From: an uncultured delta proteobacterium | Lineage (GTDB): Bacteria > Desulfobacterota > Binatia > Binatales > Binataceae | DNA: 64,000 nt | Direction: 5' to 3' | Assembly: GCA_963848285.1 (NCBI GenBank) | Contig: CAWKCZ010000002.1 | Span: forward strand, 129,358 to 193,357 | In this document: positions 20,573-31,764 of the stretch, in pieces | How positions within the stretch are numbered: the first letter of the stretch is position 1 | Layout: every line of letters starts with the position of its first letter | Notes under the pieces: model-generated | The model's database searches: none | What the model saw: only the letters and a program-made list of their open reading frames with translations | Told to the model about the DNA's origin: nothing | Program-made: the position numbers and the translations under genes

Positions 20573-21364
20573 ATGGCTCTTAGACTGGAAAACAAGAATG
20601 CATTGATCACCGGCGGTGCGAGCGGCATCGGACGCGCGACCTCGATTCGATTCGCCGAGGAAGGCGCCAACGTCGCGGTCGCCGATCGCAACCTCGGCGC
20701 GGCAGATAGCGTCGCCGCGGAGGTTCGCAAACTGGGCCGCAAGGCGATCGCCATCCAGGTGGACACCAGCGATGAGGCGCAGGTCGACGCGATGGTCGCG
20801 CGCACGGTTGCCGACTTGGGCAGCATCGATATCCTGGTCGCGGCGGCCGGCATCTCGCACGCGCGCTACGGCGAGGAAGGTGCGGGCAATCCCGCGCCGC
20901 TGAGCGCGAAAGCCGTTCGCCGACTGGAAGAAGGTGCTCAGCGTCAACCTCGATGGCGTGTTTCTGTGCGATCGCGCGGTCGCGCGCGAAATGGTCAAGG
21001 CCGGCAAGGGCGGCAGGATCATCAATATCGCTTCGGGTGCGGCGAAGCTGCCGACTCCCGGCGCAGGCGAGTATGCCGTCAGCAAGGCGGGCGTATGGAT
21101 GCTCAGCAAGGTGCTCGCGGTGGAGCTCGGCATCGAGCAAGATCACCGTCAATGCGATCGGGCCGGGCTTCATCAACACTCCGATGACCGCCGACATCCA
21201 GAAGGCGACCGGCTTCATGAAGCGCCTCATCGACGCGTGTGCCGCTCGGCCAGATTGGCGAGCCGGTCGACGTCGCGAACACCGCACTGTTCCTCGCCAG
21301 CGAGGAGGGCCGCTACTACACCGGCTCGATTCTGCATCCCGACGGCGGCGTCGTAATGCAGTGA
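20573..21364 (+). CDS. SDR-family oxidoreductase, paralogue of 19754..20539, frame-disrupted
   Basis: Same motif order as the upstream copy: NALITGGASGIGRATSIRFAEEGANVAVADR, VLSVNLDGVFLCDRAV, ASGAAKLPTPGAGEYAVSKAGV, NAIGPGFINTPM, YYTGSILHPDGGVVMQ. It is spread over the frames of ORFs 20573, 20934 and 20953 and a fourth segment. At least 3 frame changes, near 20915, 21130 and 21240. Confidence 0.7.
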
Positions 21365-21798
21365 GGATTTCAAGCCTCGTCGCCGGTGCGATGGCGACGC
21401 TTATGCTGCGGCGCCGTGGGGCATCGCGCGCGCGCAGGAAAGCGCGATGCCGGGCGCGAGCGCCACTCCGAGCGGACGCATGATGATGCCGGAGCCGCTG
21501 CTGGTGACCATGCAGGCGGTTCCCGGCTATGGTCCCGCGCCACTGCTGGTGGGATTCCTGGTCAATGCGACTGATCCTTCGGGCGCGCAGATCGTGTCGT
21601 ACAACTGGAATTTCGGTGACGGCCACACTTCGACGCTGCCGCCGACTGCATGGCCTACAACACCTACGCGCAATCCGGAAATTATGTGGCCACGGTGACC
21701 ATCACCACTGCTCGACGGGCGCTCGGCGACCGGTTTCGCTGGAGTCATCGTGAAGCCATCGGCAGGCGTGACCTGCAGCAGCGCCAACAGAATCAATA
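21361..21798 (+). CDS. small secreted PKD-domain protein, frame-disrupted
   Basis: GTG start reading VRISSLVAGAMATLML, which continues in another frame as AAAPWGIARA/QES (signal peptide). The PKD core follows: GPAPLLVGFLVNATDPSGAQIVSYNWNFGDGHTST and (Y)NTYAQSGNYVATVTITTA. The 3' end is uncertain; a TAG lies at 21796-21798 in one frame. Confidence 0.55.
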
Positions 21799-21825
21799 GC
21801 TGCACGCTCCGCAGACTGGTGCACG

Positions 21826-22895
21826 GTGGATTCGAACGATCGCAACACCGAATTCGCTCGCGTAGCGGAGCCTGCGCAAGTCCAGCCGCATCCGCAGCGT
21901 TCTCCCGCCCAGCGCATCGTCGTCGCGATTGCGGGGATCCTCGGCCTCACCGCGCTCGGCACCATCGGTTACATCGATCATCGAGCGGATGTCGTTGCTC
22001 GATGCGCTTTACATGACGGTGATTACGGTTTCGACGGTCGGCTATGGCGAAGTGAAGCCACTCGACGAGACGCGGCCGGATCTTCACCATCGCTGCTGAT
22101 CATTCTGGGCGTGGGCACCGCCTTTTATCTGTTCGCGACCATGACCGAGGTTATCATCGAGGGACAACTGCGCGAATATCTGGGAGCCAGGGGCATGCTG
22201 CGAAAAATTCACAATCTCGAAAATCACGTCATCATTTGCGGCTTCGGACGCTTCGGGCGCGCGGTGGCCGAGGAGCTGGCGCGTCATCGCGTGCCGATGG
22301 TGATTATCGATATCGAATCCGCAGCTCCGCCGAGGAACTCGCGCGCCTCGACATCCCGCATCTGATCGGCGACGCGATGCATGACGACGTGCTGGAAGAC
22401 GCCGGCATCCGCTCCGCGCGCGCTTTGGTGGCGGCAACCGCCTCAGATGCCGACAACGTCTACATCACGCTCGCGGCGCGCGAGAAAAATCGCGCGATCT
22501 CGATTCATGCGCGCGGCGAAGGCGACGTCGGTCTGCGCCGGCTCAAGCTGGCGGGCGCCGACCAGGTGATCTCCGCATATCAGTATGGCGGGTATCGGGT
22601 CGCCTCGACCATCATCCGCCCATCAGTAGTGGATTTTATCGAATTGTTTACCTCGGGCCGCGGCGAAGAAGTCGACCTCGAAGAAATTCGAATTCCCGCC
22701 GAACAGCCGCATGGTCGGCAAAACCGTGGCCGAGATCGAGAAGTCGATCGGCAAGCTGCGGATCGTCGCGCTCAAGCGCGACGATGACCCGATCAGAATC
22801 ATTCCGCGCGCCCGACACCGAGGTTCACGCGGGCGATTTGGTCGTCGCGATCGGCGATCGCGCCGGACTCGAGGCGCTCGTCAAAGCGCGAGTGA
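21826..22895 (+). CDS. two-TM potassium channel with RCK (TrkA-N/TrkA-C) domains, frame-disrupted
   Basis: The pore region [20 protein letters not shown] (TVGYG filter) is readable only in a third frame, about 21990-22060. It is followed by [22 protein letters not shown] (TM2) and [18 protein letters not shown] (Rossmann GxGxxG). Then come [23 protein letters not shown] and the TrkA-C segment [43 protein letters not shown]. At least 5 frame changes; the stop position is uncertain. Confidence 0.7.
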
Positions 22896-22904
22896 CGCTC
22901 GCGC

Positions 22905-24371
22905 TTACGCGCCGAAGCCTTTTTCCAGCGCCTCGACCACGCGTTCGGTGCGTGATGCCGCGCGAGCCCTTAACCAGCACCACATCGCCCTTGCGCACCA
23001 GGCCGCAGATCATCGACGCGGCCTCTGCGCTGTCGGCGCACAAGTGAATGTCGCAGTCGTGCGAGCGCAAACGCGCGCGCCAGCGGCCGCGGCGCAAGTT
23101 TCCTGCGCCGATCGCGAGAAACACCGCGGGTTTCGAGGCGAGGACATCCTGCACTGCGACCGCATGCGCGGGTTCGCGAGCGACCCAATTCCAGCATGTC
23201 GCCCAGCGCGATCACCAGCCGCGCGCCGAGCCGATGGGCCACCTCGCGCGCGGCCTCCAGTCCGATTCGCACCGAAGGCGGCTGCGCGTTGTAGGAATCG
23301 TCGATGATGACGATGCCGCCGATTTCCGTTACCGCGAGCCGGCCAGGCACCGGCTTGGATTTCTGCGAGCGCCCGTTCCATCGCGCGCAACTGCTGACGT
23401 CGTCAGCGGGGTCGGCGACGCGGCCGCGATCGCGGCGAGCGCGGCGGTGCAATTCATCGCGCCCGAGCGGCCGATCAGCGCGATCTCCGTACGTAACGAT
23501 GCGGCTCGACGCCAGCCGCGACCATGGAGCATCGAGGCGAACCGAAATCGCGATGCGTCCGTTGCGCAGTCACCGTGCGATCCAGCCAGCGCACCGTCGA
23601 ATTGTCCTCGATGCCGAAAGTCACCGCGGGCAGATTGGAGGGCACTCCGCCGCGCGAGCCTGTGCATCGTCGAAGGGAATCATCGCGGCACGTTTCGCAC
23701 GCTGAAAATCGCGGCTTCTTCATCGGCGATATCCTCGATGGTGCCGAGGCCTTCGGTGTGCTCGAGATCCACGTTAAGGACCATCGCGACATCAGGCTTC
23801 GACGATCGCGGCGAGCCTGCGGAATTTCGCCGCGCAGGTTGGTGCCGCATTCGATGACCATCGCGCGATGCGCCTCGGTGAGCATCAGCAGCGTCATCGG
23901 CACGCCGATGAGATTGTTGAGATTGCCGGGCGTGGACAGCGTCGCGCCGAACGCCGCCCGCGCCAGCGCCGCGGTGATTTCTTTGGTGGTGGTTTTTCCC
24001 GCCGCGCCGCCGATCGTGATGAGCGGAATCGGATGCGCGGCGCGGATTCGATGCACGTGATGATGCGCGAGCTGCCCGAGCGCGGCGAGCGTGTCGTCGA
24101 CCTCGACGCATGGCGAGGTCGTCGATGCGACGTCCGCGCTCGACGATCGCCGCGACCGCGCCACGCTCGGTGGCCTGCGCGAGAAATGTGTGCCCATCGG
24201 TGGCGCCGCGCAAGCGCGACGAACAAGCGCGCCCCGCGCGAGGTTGCGGCTGATCGATGCTGACGCCACGAATTTTCAGAGTGCGCATTCGCCGAAAGCC
24301 TCGCCACCGGTCGCGCGCGCGATTTCAGCGAGGGTGAATTCGGCAGCGTTGGCGGGAATCGGGGTAGCCAT
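22905..24371 (-). CDS. murF: UDP-N-acetylmuramoyl-tripeptide--D-alanyl-D-alanine ligase, heavily frame-disrupted, not in a dcw cluster
   Basis: MATPIPANAAEFTLAEIARATGGEAFG.., then FLAQATERGAVAAIVE and ITIGGAAGKTTTKEI (GxxGKT). Further pieces are LSTPGNLNNLIGVPMTLL, VIECGTN, DVAMVLNVDLEHTEGLG and VIIDDSYNAQPPS. The C-terminus reads GDVVLVKGSRG..ERVVEALEKGFGA, with the stop at 22905-22907. The pieces lie in ORFs 24276..24485, 23680..24288, 23475..24269, 22970..23452 and 22825..23154, with at least 6 frame changes. Confidence 0.75.
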
Positions 24372-24477
24372 CGCCAACTCCGCGCTCAATTTTGCCGCAA
24401 TGTTTCGAGGTTGGATACTGCGGGCGCGCTGACGTAGCATCCGTGACCGCCAGGAAGCGCATAGCAGAGAAGATCGA

Positions 24478-24915
24478 ATGCTCACCGGCCAGTGCCTTTG
24501 CGGGAAGGTTCGTTACGAAATAAAGGGAAACCTTGGCCCGATCATTTATTGCCATTGCTCGATGTGCAGGCGCGCGACCGGCAGCGCCTTCGCCACCAAT
24601 GCATCGGTGCGGGTTAGCGAGTTTCGCATCGTCGACGGCGCGGAATTGGTCACGGAATACGAATCGTCGCCGGATAATTTCCGTGCCTTCTGTTCGCGTT
24701 GCGGCTCGCCGATGTATTGCAGATGGTTCGATCTGATTCGCATCCGGTTGGGGGCGCTCAACGAGGATCCCGGCCAACGGCCGATCGCTCATCTATGGCT
24801 GAATTCGAAAGCGCCGTGGCATGAGATCACGGATTCGCTGGAGCGCTTCGAGGAAGCGCCACCCGCGCGCTATGCCGCTCCGGGGGCGCGGGCTAAAAGA
24901 TTCGATCCGCGGTAA
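24478..24915 (+). CDS. GFA-family (glutathione-dependent formaldehyde-activating-like) zinc protein
   Basis: 145-aa intact ORF reading MLTGQCLCGKVRYEIKG..YCHCSMCRRATGSAF..AFCSRCGSPMY, the typical GFA Cys ligand pattern. Confidence 0.8.
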   Translation: MLTGQCLCGKVRYEIKGNLGPIIYCHCSMCRRATGSAFATNASVRVSEFRIVDGAELVTEYESSPDNFRAFCSRCGSPMYCRWFDLIRIRLGALNEDPGQRPIAHLWLNSKAPWHEITDSLERFEEAPPARYAAPGARAKRFDPR

Positions 24916-24983
24916 GAGGTCGAGGTTTGCTTGGCCGTCGGCTGCATGCACGATACAGTCACAACTCGAGGAGACATTTTGCG

Positions 24984-25477
24984 ATGGCTGATTCCAGCAG
25001 CAAACCCATGGTCGGCGTGATTATGGGGAGCAAGAGCGATTATGAGTTCATGGCGGCGGCGTGCGAGGTCATGGCGAACTTCAAGTACCACATGAAGTTC
25101 GCGTGATGTCCGCGCATCGCACCCCTGACGTAGTTTTGGACTATTCGGCGACCGCGCGCGAGCGTGGTTTGCGCGTGATCATCGCCGGAGCCGGCGGCGC
25201 GGCGCATTGGCAGGTGTGGTCGCAGCGAAGACTACGCTGCCGGTCATCGGGGTGCCGATGACGAGCGCGCTTAACGGCCTCGACTCGCTGCTCTCGATCG
25301 TGCAGATGCCCAAGGGTGTGCCAGTCGCGACGATGGCGATAGGCAAGGGCGGCGCTGCGAATGCTGGACTCTTCGCGGCGGCGATTCTCGCGTTGAATGA
25401 TGCCAGCATTGGCCGAGCGGCTCACCAAGTGGCGCGCGGCGCGCGCGCAGGAAGTGCTGAACACCAAGCTTCCCTAG
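24984..25477 (+). CDS. purE: 5-(carboxyamino)imidazole ribonucleotide mutase, frame-disrupted; no purK adjacent
   Basis: [23 protein letters not shown], then [21 protein letters not shown] (25061 frame). The 25207 frame follows with [35 protein letters not shown]. The tail ..[19 protein letters not shown] ends with a stop at 25475-25477. 2-3 frame changes. Confidence 0.75.
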
Positions 25478-25483
25478 AGCATC

Positions 25484-26545
25484 ATGCGAAAGAACGACAT
25501 CGACACGCCGGCGCTGCTCCTCGACCTCGAGGTGATGGAGGAGAACCTCCGTGCGATGGCGGCGTTCTTCGCGAATCGACCGCAAAAGTTGCGGCCGCAT
25601 TTCAAAACCCCGAAGACGCCGGAAGTCGCGCGACGGCAACTCGAAGCCGGCGCCATCGGAATCACGGCATCGAAGCTGGGCGAGGTCGAAGTGCTCTCGC
25701 GGGCCGGACTGGGGCCCATTTTACTTGCGAATCAGGTGGTCGGGTCGCGAGAAAATCGAGCGTCTATTCGCATTCCGCCGAAGCCTGAAGTCATCGTCGC
25801 GGTCGAAAGCGAGTTGAACATCAGCGAACTAGAGGATGGTGCGAAACGAGCCGGCCGCGCGATGGATGTGATCATCGAAGTGGACACCGGGATGCATCGA
25901 TGCGGTACCGCGACGTCTGAGGAGACCGTCGCCCTCGCGCGACGTGTCAACCACGGTCCACTTCGCTATCGAGGCATCATGGGTTACGAAGGCCATGCCG
26001 TGCTGGTGCCCGAGAAAGAAAAGCGCGAGCGCATCGCGCGCGAGGCGCTTACCGAGCTAAGCCGCCATGTCGTGGCGTTGCGCGCGGCCGGGTTCGCGCC
26101 GGAGATCGTCAGTGCGGGCGGCACCGGCACTTATGACATTACTGGTGCGTGGCCCGACGTCACCGAAGTTCAGGCGGGCTCGTATGTCTTCATGGATGGC
26201 GCTTATCGCATCGTGCGCCCCGATCTTGGAGGACCCGCGTTGACGCTGCTGACGACGGTGATTTCGCGTCGTGGCGATCGCGCGATCATCGATGCCGGCA
26301 TGAAATCGCTTAGCAACGAATTCGGCGCGCCGACCGGCAAGGACTTGCCGATCAAGGTGGCGCGGCTTTCCGAAGAACATGGCCACCTGGACGCATCAGG
26401 GACCGAGCTTGACGCGGGCATGAAAATCGAAATCGTCCCGAGCCACAATGACACGACCATCAATTTGCATAGCGAGTACTATGTGATGCGCGCAGACGAG
26501 GTCGTCGCGATTTGGCCGATCGAAGCCGCGCGGGCATATCGTTGA
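25484..26545 (+). CDS. D-threonine aldolase / DSD1-like PLP enzyme (alanine racemase N-terminal fold)
   Basis: 353-aa ORF with [31 protein letters not shown] (PLP Lys region) and [10 protein letters not shown]. It also has [27 protein letters not shown] and the C-terminal [21 protein letters not shown] ~35-nt patch at 25742-25780 appears locally out of frame (see findings). Confidence 0.75.
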   Translation: MRKNDIDTPALLLDLEVMEENLRAMAAFFANRPQKLRPHFKTPKTPEVARRQLEAGAIGITASKLGEVEVLSRAGLGPILLANQVVGSRENRASIRIPPKPEVIVAVESELNISELEDGAKRAGRAMDVIIEVDTGMHRCGTATSEETVALARRVNHGPLRYRGIMGYEGHAVLVPEKEKRERIAREALTELSRHVVALRAAGFAPEIVSAGGTGTYDITGAWPDVTEVQAGSYVFMDGAYRIVRPDLGGPALTLLTTVISRRGDRAIIDAGMKSLSNEFGAPTGKDLPIKVARLSEEHGHLDASGTELDAGMKIEIVPSHNDTTINLHSEYYVMRADEVVAIWPIEAARAYR

Positions 26546-26555
26546 CGATGCTTTC

Positions 26556-27227
26556 ATGACGGCGAAATCATTCCACATCGGGTCGGTGTTGTTGCTCGCG
26601 ATCCTCCTGATGCTTCCGCTGGAAGCCTCGGCGGCGAGTGAAGTTCAGACTGATGGCAAAATCAACGTCCCTCAAACCGCCCCGGTTTTCGCGGTATGCA
26701 CCGACCCAATCGTGCAGCAGACCCTGGAGCAGGATTTCCGCGGCGCCCATCGCGAGCCCAATAGCGGCAACGGCGCACCGGTTACCGTCACGGTTACGGT
26801 CAATGAGAAGCTGCTCAAGCCTGGAGTAATGCTCAAGGATCTCGGTCCGGGCGATCCATGGGTTATCGCGAAGCTTCTGCGCGCCGCCGGCACCGATCCG
26901 CCGCCGATTGGCGACACCGGGAACAAACCTCTCGACCCTTATTCCGAAATCGCGCGCCGCCGCCTGATGGATCCGGACGACCCGATGGCTGGCATGCGCA
27001 ACTACCAGACTTTTAAAAACGATATGGAGCGCCCTGAGGGGCCGCGCTTCGGACCCAACGGCAACGCCAGCGATGACGAACTCTACGATCGCGCGATTGT
27101 CGCCCGCGCTTCGGTCGGGGGCTCAGCAGATCAGTTGATGGCGGTGATCGTGATCCATCCGCGCGATGATGTGAAGTCGGCCAAGGAGTTGGTCGCCGAA
27201 GAAATCGCCAACGCGATCTTGCATTGA
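26556..27227 (+). CDS. secreted hypothetical protein
   Basis: 223-aa intact ORF with signal peptide MTAKSFHIGSVLLLAILLMLPLEASA/AS. The codon pattern is G/C-rich at third positions like its neighbours. No family recognised. Confidence 0.5.
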   Translation: MTAKSFHIGSVLLLAILLMLPLEASAASEVQTDGKINVPQTAPVFAVCTDPIVQQTLEQDFRGAHREPNSGNGAPVTVTVTVNEKLLKPGVMLKDLGPGDPWVIAKLLRAAGTDPPPIGDTGNKPLDPYSEIARRRLMDPDDPMAGMRNYQTFKNDMERPEGPRFGPNGNASDDELYDRAIVARASVGGSADQLMAVIVIHPRDDVKSAKELVAEEIANAILH

Positions 27228-27348
27228 GCGAACCGCGCGGCTACCCGCAGAATCCGCTTCCGCGAAGCTTGACCGATTGTGGCGTTCCCTCTGCATTGTC
27301 GAAAATTGTCAAGAACCTTTCCACGGGGCCCGGGCGTCCGGCGCGAAG

Positions 27349-28201
27349 TCAGTCTTGCATCGAGACCCGACGCGGCGGGGAGGCTGATTTGATTGGCCCG
27401 TGAAGATGGTTGGCGCTATGACTGGGCGGCTTGGCTGATGGTTTCGCCGGTGCAGGAGCGGCGGTATGTGGAATTACGTTCGGAACCACTGCCGCGGACG
27501 CTGCCCCAGCGGGCGATGCGGCGGTTGAGGTGACTGCGGCGGGCGCTGCGACGACCGAAGGCGCTGCGTCGGGGACGGTCGCCGTCGACGGGAGCGGAGC
27601 CGGAGCAACATTGGCAGGGACCGTGTCTGCCGCTTCGGGGGCGGCCTGCTCCGCATCGGGAACGGCCGATGGAGAAGGCGAAGGCGCAGTGGAATTTCCG
27701 ACCCCCGCTTTGTGCTCTTCGTAGTACCGATACCCAAACCATGCGCTCGCGCTGACCACGATCGCGGCAGCAATCGTCACGACGACACGCCACGGAAGAC
27801 GTTTACGCGGCTCGAACATCGTGATCGGTTCGGAGGGACGGCCCGGATTCATGTCGGCGCGCTGAACGTCGCGAATGAAGCGGCTGGCGACTTCCTCGGG
27901 CTTCGAGCCCAACAAATACCGCATAGCGGCGCAGAAACGGCAGCAGGTAAAGCTGATCGGCAATCGATGAGTAATCATCGGTCTCGATCATGGTCAGATA
28001 GTAGCCGGGAATATTGGAGAGGCTTGGCCGCCTGCTCGCGTGAGAAACCGCGCGCCTCACGCGCCATGGTCATGATCGCGCCGAGCGAATGATCGTTCGG
28101 AGAGGACCGACGGGAATCGTACGCGCAGACGTTTCGGGAGTTTCCGGGGGCGCTTCGGGTTTGCTGTCAGACACGGCTTGCAGATTCCAATTTTCCGACA
28201 T
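27349..28201 (-). CDS. RodZ-like HTH (XRE-type) membrane protein with Ala/Pro-rich tail, frame-disrupted
   Basis: MSENWNLQAVSDSKPEAPPE.., then SLGAIMTMAREARGFSREQAAK and LSNIPGYYLTMIETDDYSSIADQLYLLPFLRRYA (HTH_25/RodZ N-terminal pattern). The TM segment is WRVVVTIAAAIVVSASAWFGY, followed by a low-complexity A/P/S tail. The pieces span three frames (27349..27978, 27803..28060 and upstream), with at least 2 frame changes. Confidence 0.6.
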
Positions 28202-28230
28202 CCTACCTCAACCCCTTGAATTTGCCTCGC

Positions 28231-28730
28231 TCAATTGGCTCCCGAATTTATCCGCTGGCCGGGACTCTGGTATGGGCGGATACCGCCGGACTGGATTTTC
28301 AGCAATTGCTTGCGCGCCAACTCCACGTACGGCGGATCGGGCTTGCCCTCGAGGCCGGCGGCCTTGTTTCCGTACTCGACCGCGTGTTGCCAATCATGTT
28401 GCTGCGAGGCGATCAGCCCGAGGTAATCCCACGCCATCGCGTAGTTGGGCTGATAGGCAACCGCGCGCTGGAAATCGTCAGCCGCGGCGATCATGGTGCC
28501 GTTCTGGTAATACTGTACGCCACGGCGAGTAAAGATGTCGGCGGCGAGCTGCTTGAGTTGCAGGTTGTCGGGGTCGTGTTCGAGCGCGGTCTGGATGTCG
28601 GCGGCGGCTTCATCGTAACGGCCGGCCGCCAGCGCATTCTGCGCGGCGCTCTGGTTAACCTGTGCGAAGCAGCCCGCCAGCGCGAATGCAATCAGGCCTG
28701 CAGCAAAGAAGCTCCCAGCGTCCTCATCAT
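28231..28730 (-). CDS. tetratricopeptide-repeat lipoprotein, frame break inside the signal peptide
   Basis: ATGATG at 28730-28725 gives MMRTLGAS.., which joins after a shift near 28715 to FFAAGLIAFALAGC (lipobox). TPR-like repeats follow: AAGRYDEAAADIQTALEHDPDN, GTMIAAADDFQRAVAYQPNYAMAWDYLGLI, HDWQHAVEYGNKAA. Confidence 0.65.
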
Positions 28731-28750
28731 GCCCACCACCGGTAAACATC

Positions 28751-30505
28751 TTATAGCCTGAGTCTGGTCTGACCAAGCCTTTCTCGACCTACTTCAAGGC
28801 CCTGAGGGTCGACAGTCATCGCAACAGGCCTGGCCTCGGGCCTGTTGAAAAGTGCGAATTTTTTGCCCTCGCATCCGACGATGACCGGCGCGGGCGAGAG
28901 GTCCGCCAGCGTGGGTAAATCCTTTCGATTCGCGATCAGCATCGAAGCATTCGCCCGAAGACCACAGCTGACGCAATTCCGCGTCGCTGTTGATGAAACT
29001 TGCGGCGGCTTCGGGGCTGTCGCCGAACGGCGCGAGCTCGCCGCGATAGGAAACCAGCGCCTCGCGATATCCGGTGTAAAACGGAATCGAGTGCACGTTG
29101 TGGCGATACGAGCCGACGATGCATCCGGGTCGTAGATGATGTGACATCTCGCGCGCGAGGTTGCGGTAGGTAGTTGAGCGAGGACCCGTCGCGTGCGCGC
29201 ACGGGCGGCGATGCCCATGATAAGGACCATTCCCAGCGCGAGCGTCATCACGAATGCGCCCGGACGTTTCCCGTCGCGATCGAGGATGTAGGAGACGATC
29301 GCGATCGTCGCGAGAAGGCCCGCGATCGAGCAGCACATCGATCATCAACGCCGGGAGGAGTTTTCCCGCGGACACCGCGCCGGCGATTCCGCGGCTAGCG
29401 CTGCGAGCAGCGTCAGCGCGGAAAATCCGCCGAGGAGGCGCCGCGCCGCGAGCGCGTCGAAGCTCCACAGCTTCGACATCCCGAATCCCGCGACGATCGA
29501 CAGCGCGGGAATCGCCGGCAGATACATAGGAGCCGAGCTTGGCGCGCGGAATCGAGAAGAAAACGAAAATCACCACGAACCAGATGGCGAGAAATCTCAA
29601 TTCCGATCGATGCGAGACTGCGGTCGCGTTCTCGACCGCGCAGTCGCCGCAGTCCCAAGGGCACGAAAAAGAACCACGGCCACGTTCCTCCGATCACGAT
29701 GGGGATGAAGAACCACGGACCCCATCCGTGCTCGGTCATTCACCAGATAGCGCTGCACGTGCTCATGCAAGAAGAAGAAGCGCAGAAAGTCCGGATTGCG
29801 ATGGGCCGCGAGCGACGAACCACGGCACCGCGATGGTGCAGTAGACGATGATCGCGAGTAGCCACGGCCATGCGATGCGATATTCGCCGGCGCGCCGCTC
29901 GAGCAGTAGCCATATAAGCGCGATGGCGCCGCACAGCACCGGCGCGACCGGTCCTTTCGCGAGCGTGCCAAGAGCGAGCATCGCCGCGCAGATCGAGAAA
30001 CCATCGCCGTCCTGCGCTGGAGCCGAAATCGCGGCGCGCGCCGCCATATAAAACGCGCCCAGCGCGGCCGTCATGAAAAATGCGAGCGCGGGATCGAGGG
30101 TCGCGAAGCGCGCGAAGCCGAAAAACAGCGGGCTCAATGCGAGCGCGATCGCCGCGAGGATTCCTACCGCTTCGCCGAACATCACGTCTGCGAGCGCGGC
30201 GGTGACGACGACCTCGGCGGCGCTGAAAGCGCGGCCGGCAATCGAACCGCGAACTCATTGACGCCAAAAATCGACATCGCTGCGGCTTCGGCCCAGTAGA
30301 CCAGCGGGGGCTTTTCGAAGTAGCGGACGAAGTTGTCGCGCGGGGTGACGTAGTCGCCGCTCAGATACATCTCGCGCGCGATTTCGCCGTAGCGGCCTTC
30401 GTCAGGTTCCCACAACGCGGGCCGTCCGAGGCCCGGCAGGTAAAGAATCAGCGCTGCGATTGCGATGAATAGGAGACGGAGCGCTGACTGCCGGCCGGAT
30501 GCCAT
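28751..30505 (-). CDS. arnT: ArnT-type (GT83/PMT-fold) undecaprenyl-phosphate-sugar:lipid glycosyltransferase, heavily frame-disrupted
   Basis: The N-terminus reads MASGRQSALRLLFIAIAALILYLPGLGRPALWEPDEGRYGEIAREMYLSGDYVTPRDNFVRYFEKPPLVYW. This closely parallels the E. coli ArnT segment LWQPDETRYAEISREML.SGDW..P...RYFEKP..YW. Multiple TM segments follow in ORFs 29763..30185, 29413..29739, 28794..29600 and 28751..29338. At least 5 frame changes. Confidence 0.7.
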
Positions 30506-30538
30506 GACGATGCAGTGTTAAGATGCTGGCTGTCTTCG

Positions 30539-31537
30539 TCAACAGCAGTGCTGCGCCGGGCGTCAGGATCATCGCCGATTGCAACCGCATCGAGAAAGCG
30601 GATCTCGTTGGCCGAGGGCGGCGGCGCGACGTAAGGCGTGCATCGCATGCGGTAGACGGCTTGCGAGAATTCATAGCTTCTTCGTCGGTTTCTTCCGCTT
30701 CGCGCGCGCGGCGGAGCGCATTCGTCGCAAGCTGCGTTCGCAAGGTCTGCGAAGGCGGGATTCGAATCACGAGTTCGCGCGCGACCTCTTCTTCGGCGCG
30801 GGCGAGCACCACGTCGCGCAGCTGCAGCAGCGACTCGGCCGAGTTGATCAGGATGTCTTCCATCGACATGCGCCGGCATAACGTTGAGCGAATAGCGGCT
30901 GCCTGAGCTGCGCATCAAGCGTTTCGCCATCATGGGTCGAGACCATCCGCGAATCACGCCGACCTGATAGCCCGAAACCAGGCCAAGTAATAAGCCTCGT
31001 AATGATCGACGGTGCCGTAGATGACCGCATCGCATCGAAACCATTTGCCCAGCTTCAGGACGCTGACTTTGTCGAGGATCTTCGGCATTGTTGATGCCGT
31101 GGGATTGCAGGACCGCGTCGACCGCGATCGGATTGATGACCTGTTGAACTCGCGCTCGGAGAGATATCCGACGAAGGATTTGCGCAGCCGTTGGGCATCG
31201 GTCCAGGCCCATTGGTAGCGCTCTTCCTTATTGCGGAAGGCAGAGCGGAATCTTGTCGACCGTATATTGAGCGGAGCCGCGATCGGTAAAAGGCAAAATA
31301 GCGATGGTTGCCGGCGCGTGCTCTTCATAATCGCTGGCAAGCTCGACGTCGAGCCCGCCGGGATCGACTTCGACAATGCGGTCGAAAAGAGTTTTTTTGC
31401 CATGCAGTCTCGGTGCCGATTTCCTTCTGAAAGAAGGGACGGGTTTCGATCGAATTTTGACTGCGTAGAACATCCCGCAAACGGGAGTATGCACAAGGGA
31501 ATCAGGAGGAAGTAGGTGTGTCCGCTTGAAGCCCCAT
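30539..31537 (-). CDS. lipoprotein with DUF799/GNA1162-like core and helical C-terminal extension, heavily frame-disrupted
   Basis: YFLLIPLCILPFAGCSTQ (lipobox), then PATIAILPFTDRGSAQY and WAWTDAQRLRKSFVGYLSEREF. Further pieces are INPIAVDAVLQSHGINN, LKLGKWFRCDAVIYGTVDHYEAYYLGLVSGYQVGV and STHDGETL. The tail reads MEDILINSAESLLQLRDVVLARAEEEVAREL. The pieces span all three frames, and both the start (31537) and the stop (about 30539) are approximate. Confidence 0.45.
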
Positions 31538-31764
31538 ATACGTCTTGGACGCTCCAGCACGGTCGGTTATTTAATCCGAGAATCCTGTGAAACAGTTCAA
31601 AGAACATGTAGCGAAAGGATAGCCGCTTTTGCGGCTCTTCGAATCGGTCTGTAGGAATGCAATCGGAATGCCGAGCGCCGAGAATTCTGCGTTGCGGCGA
31701 GGCCGGATGAATACTAAAAGTAACCTGCTTCCATTCGACGATATGCCCGGCATCGACTTCTGAA

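Noticed and set aside
19565-21133. 522-aa ORF on the minus strand spanning both tandem SDR genes
   Set aside because: It lies antisense to two well-supported SDR genes. The translation is Arg/Ala/Gly/Pro-rich low-information sequence with no motif. This is a typical shadow ORF of GC-rich DNA, where stop codons are rare on the opposite strand.
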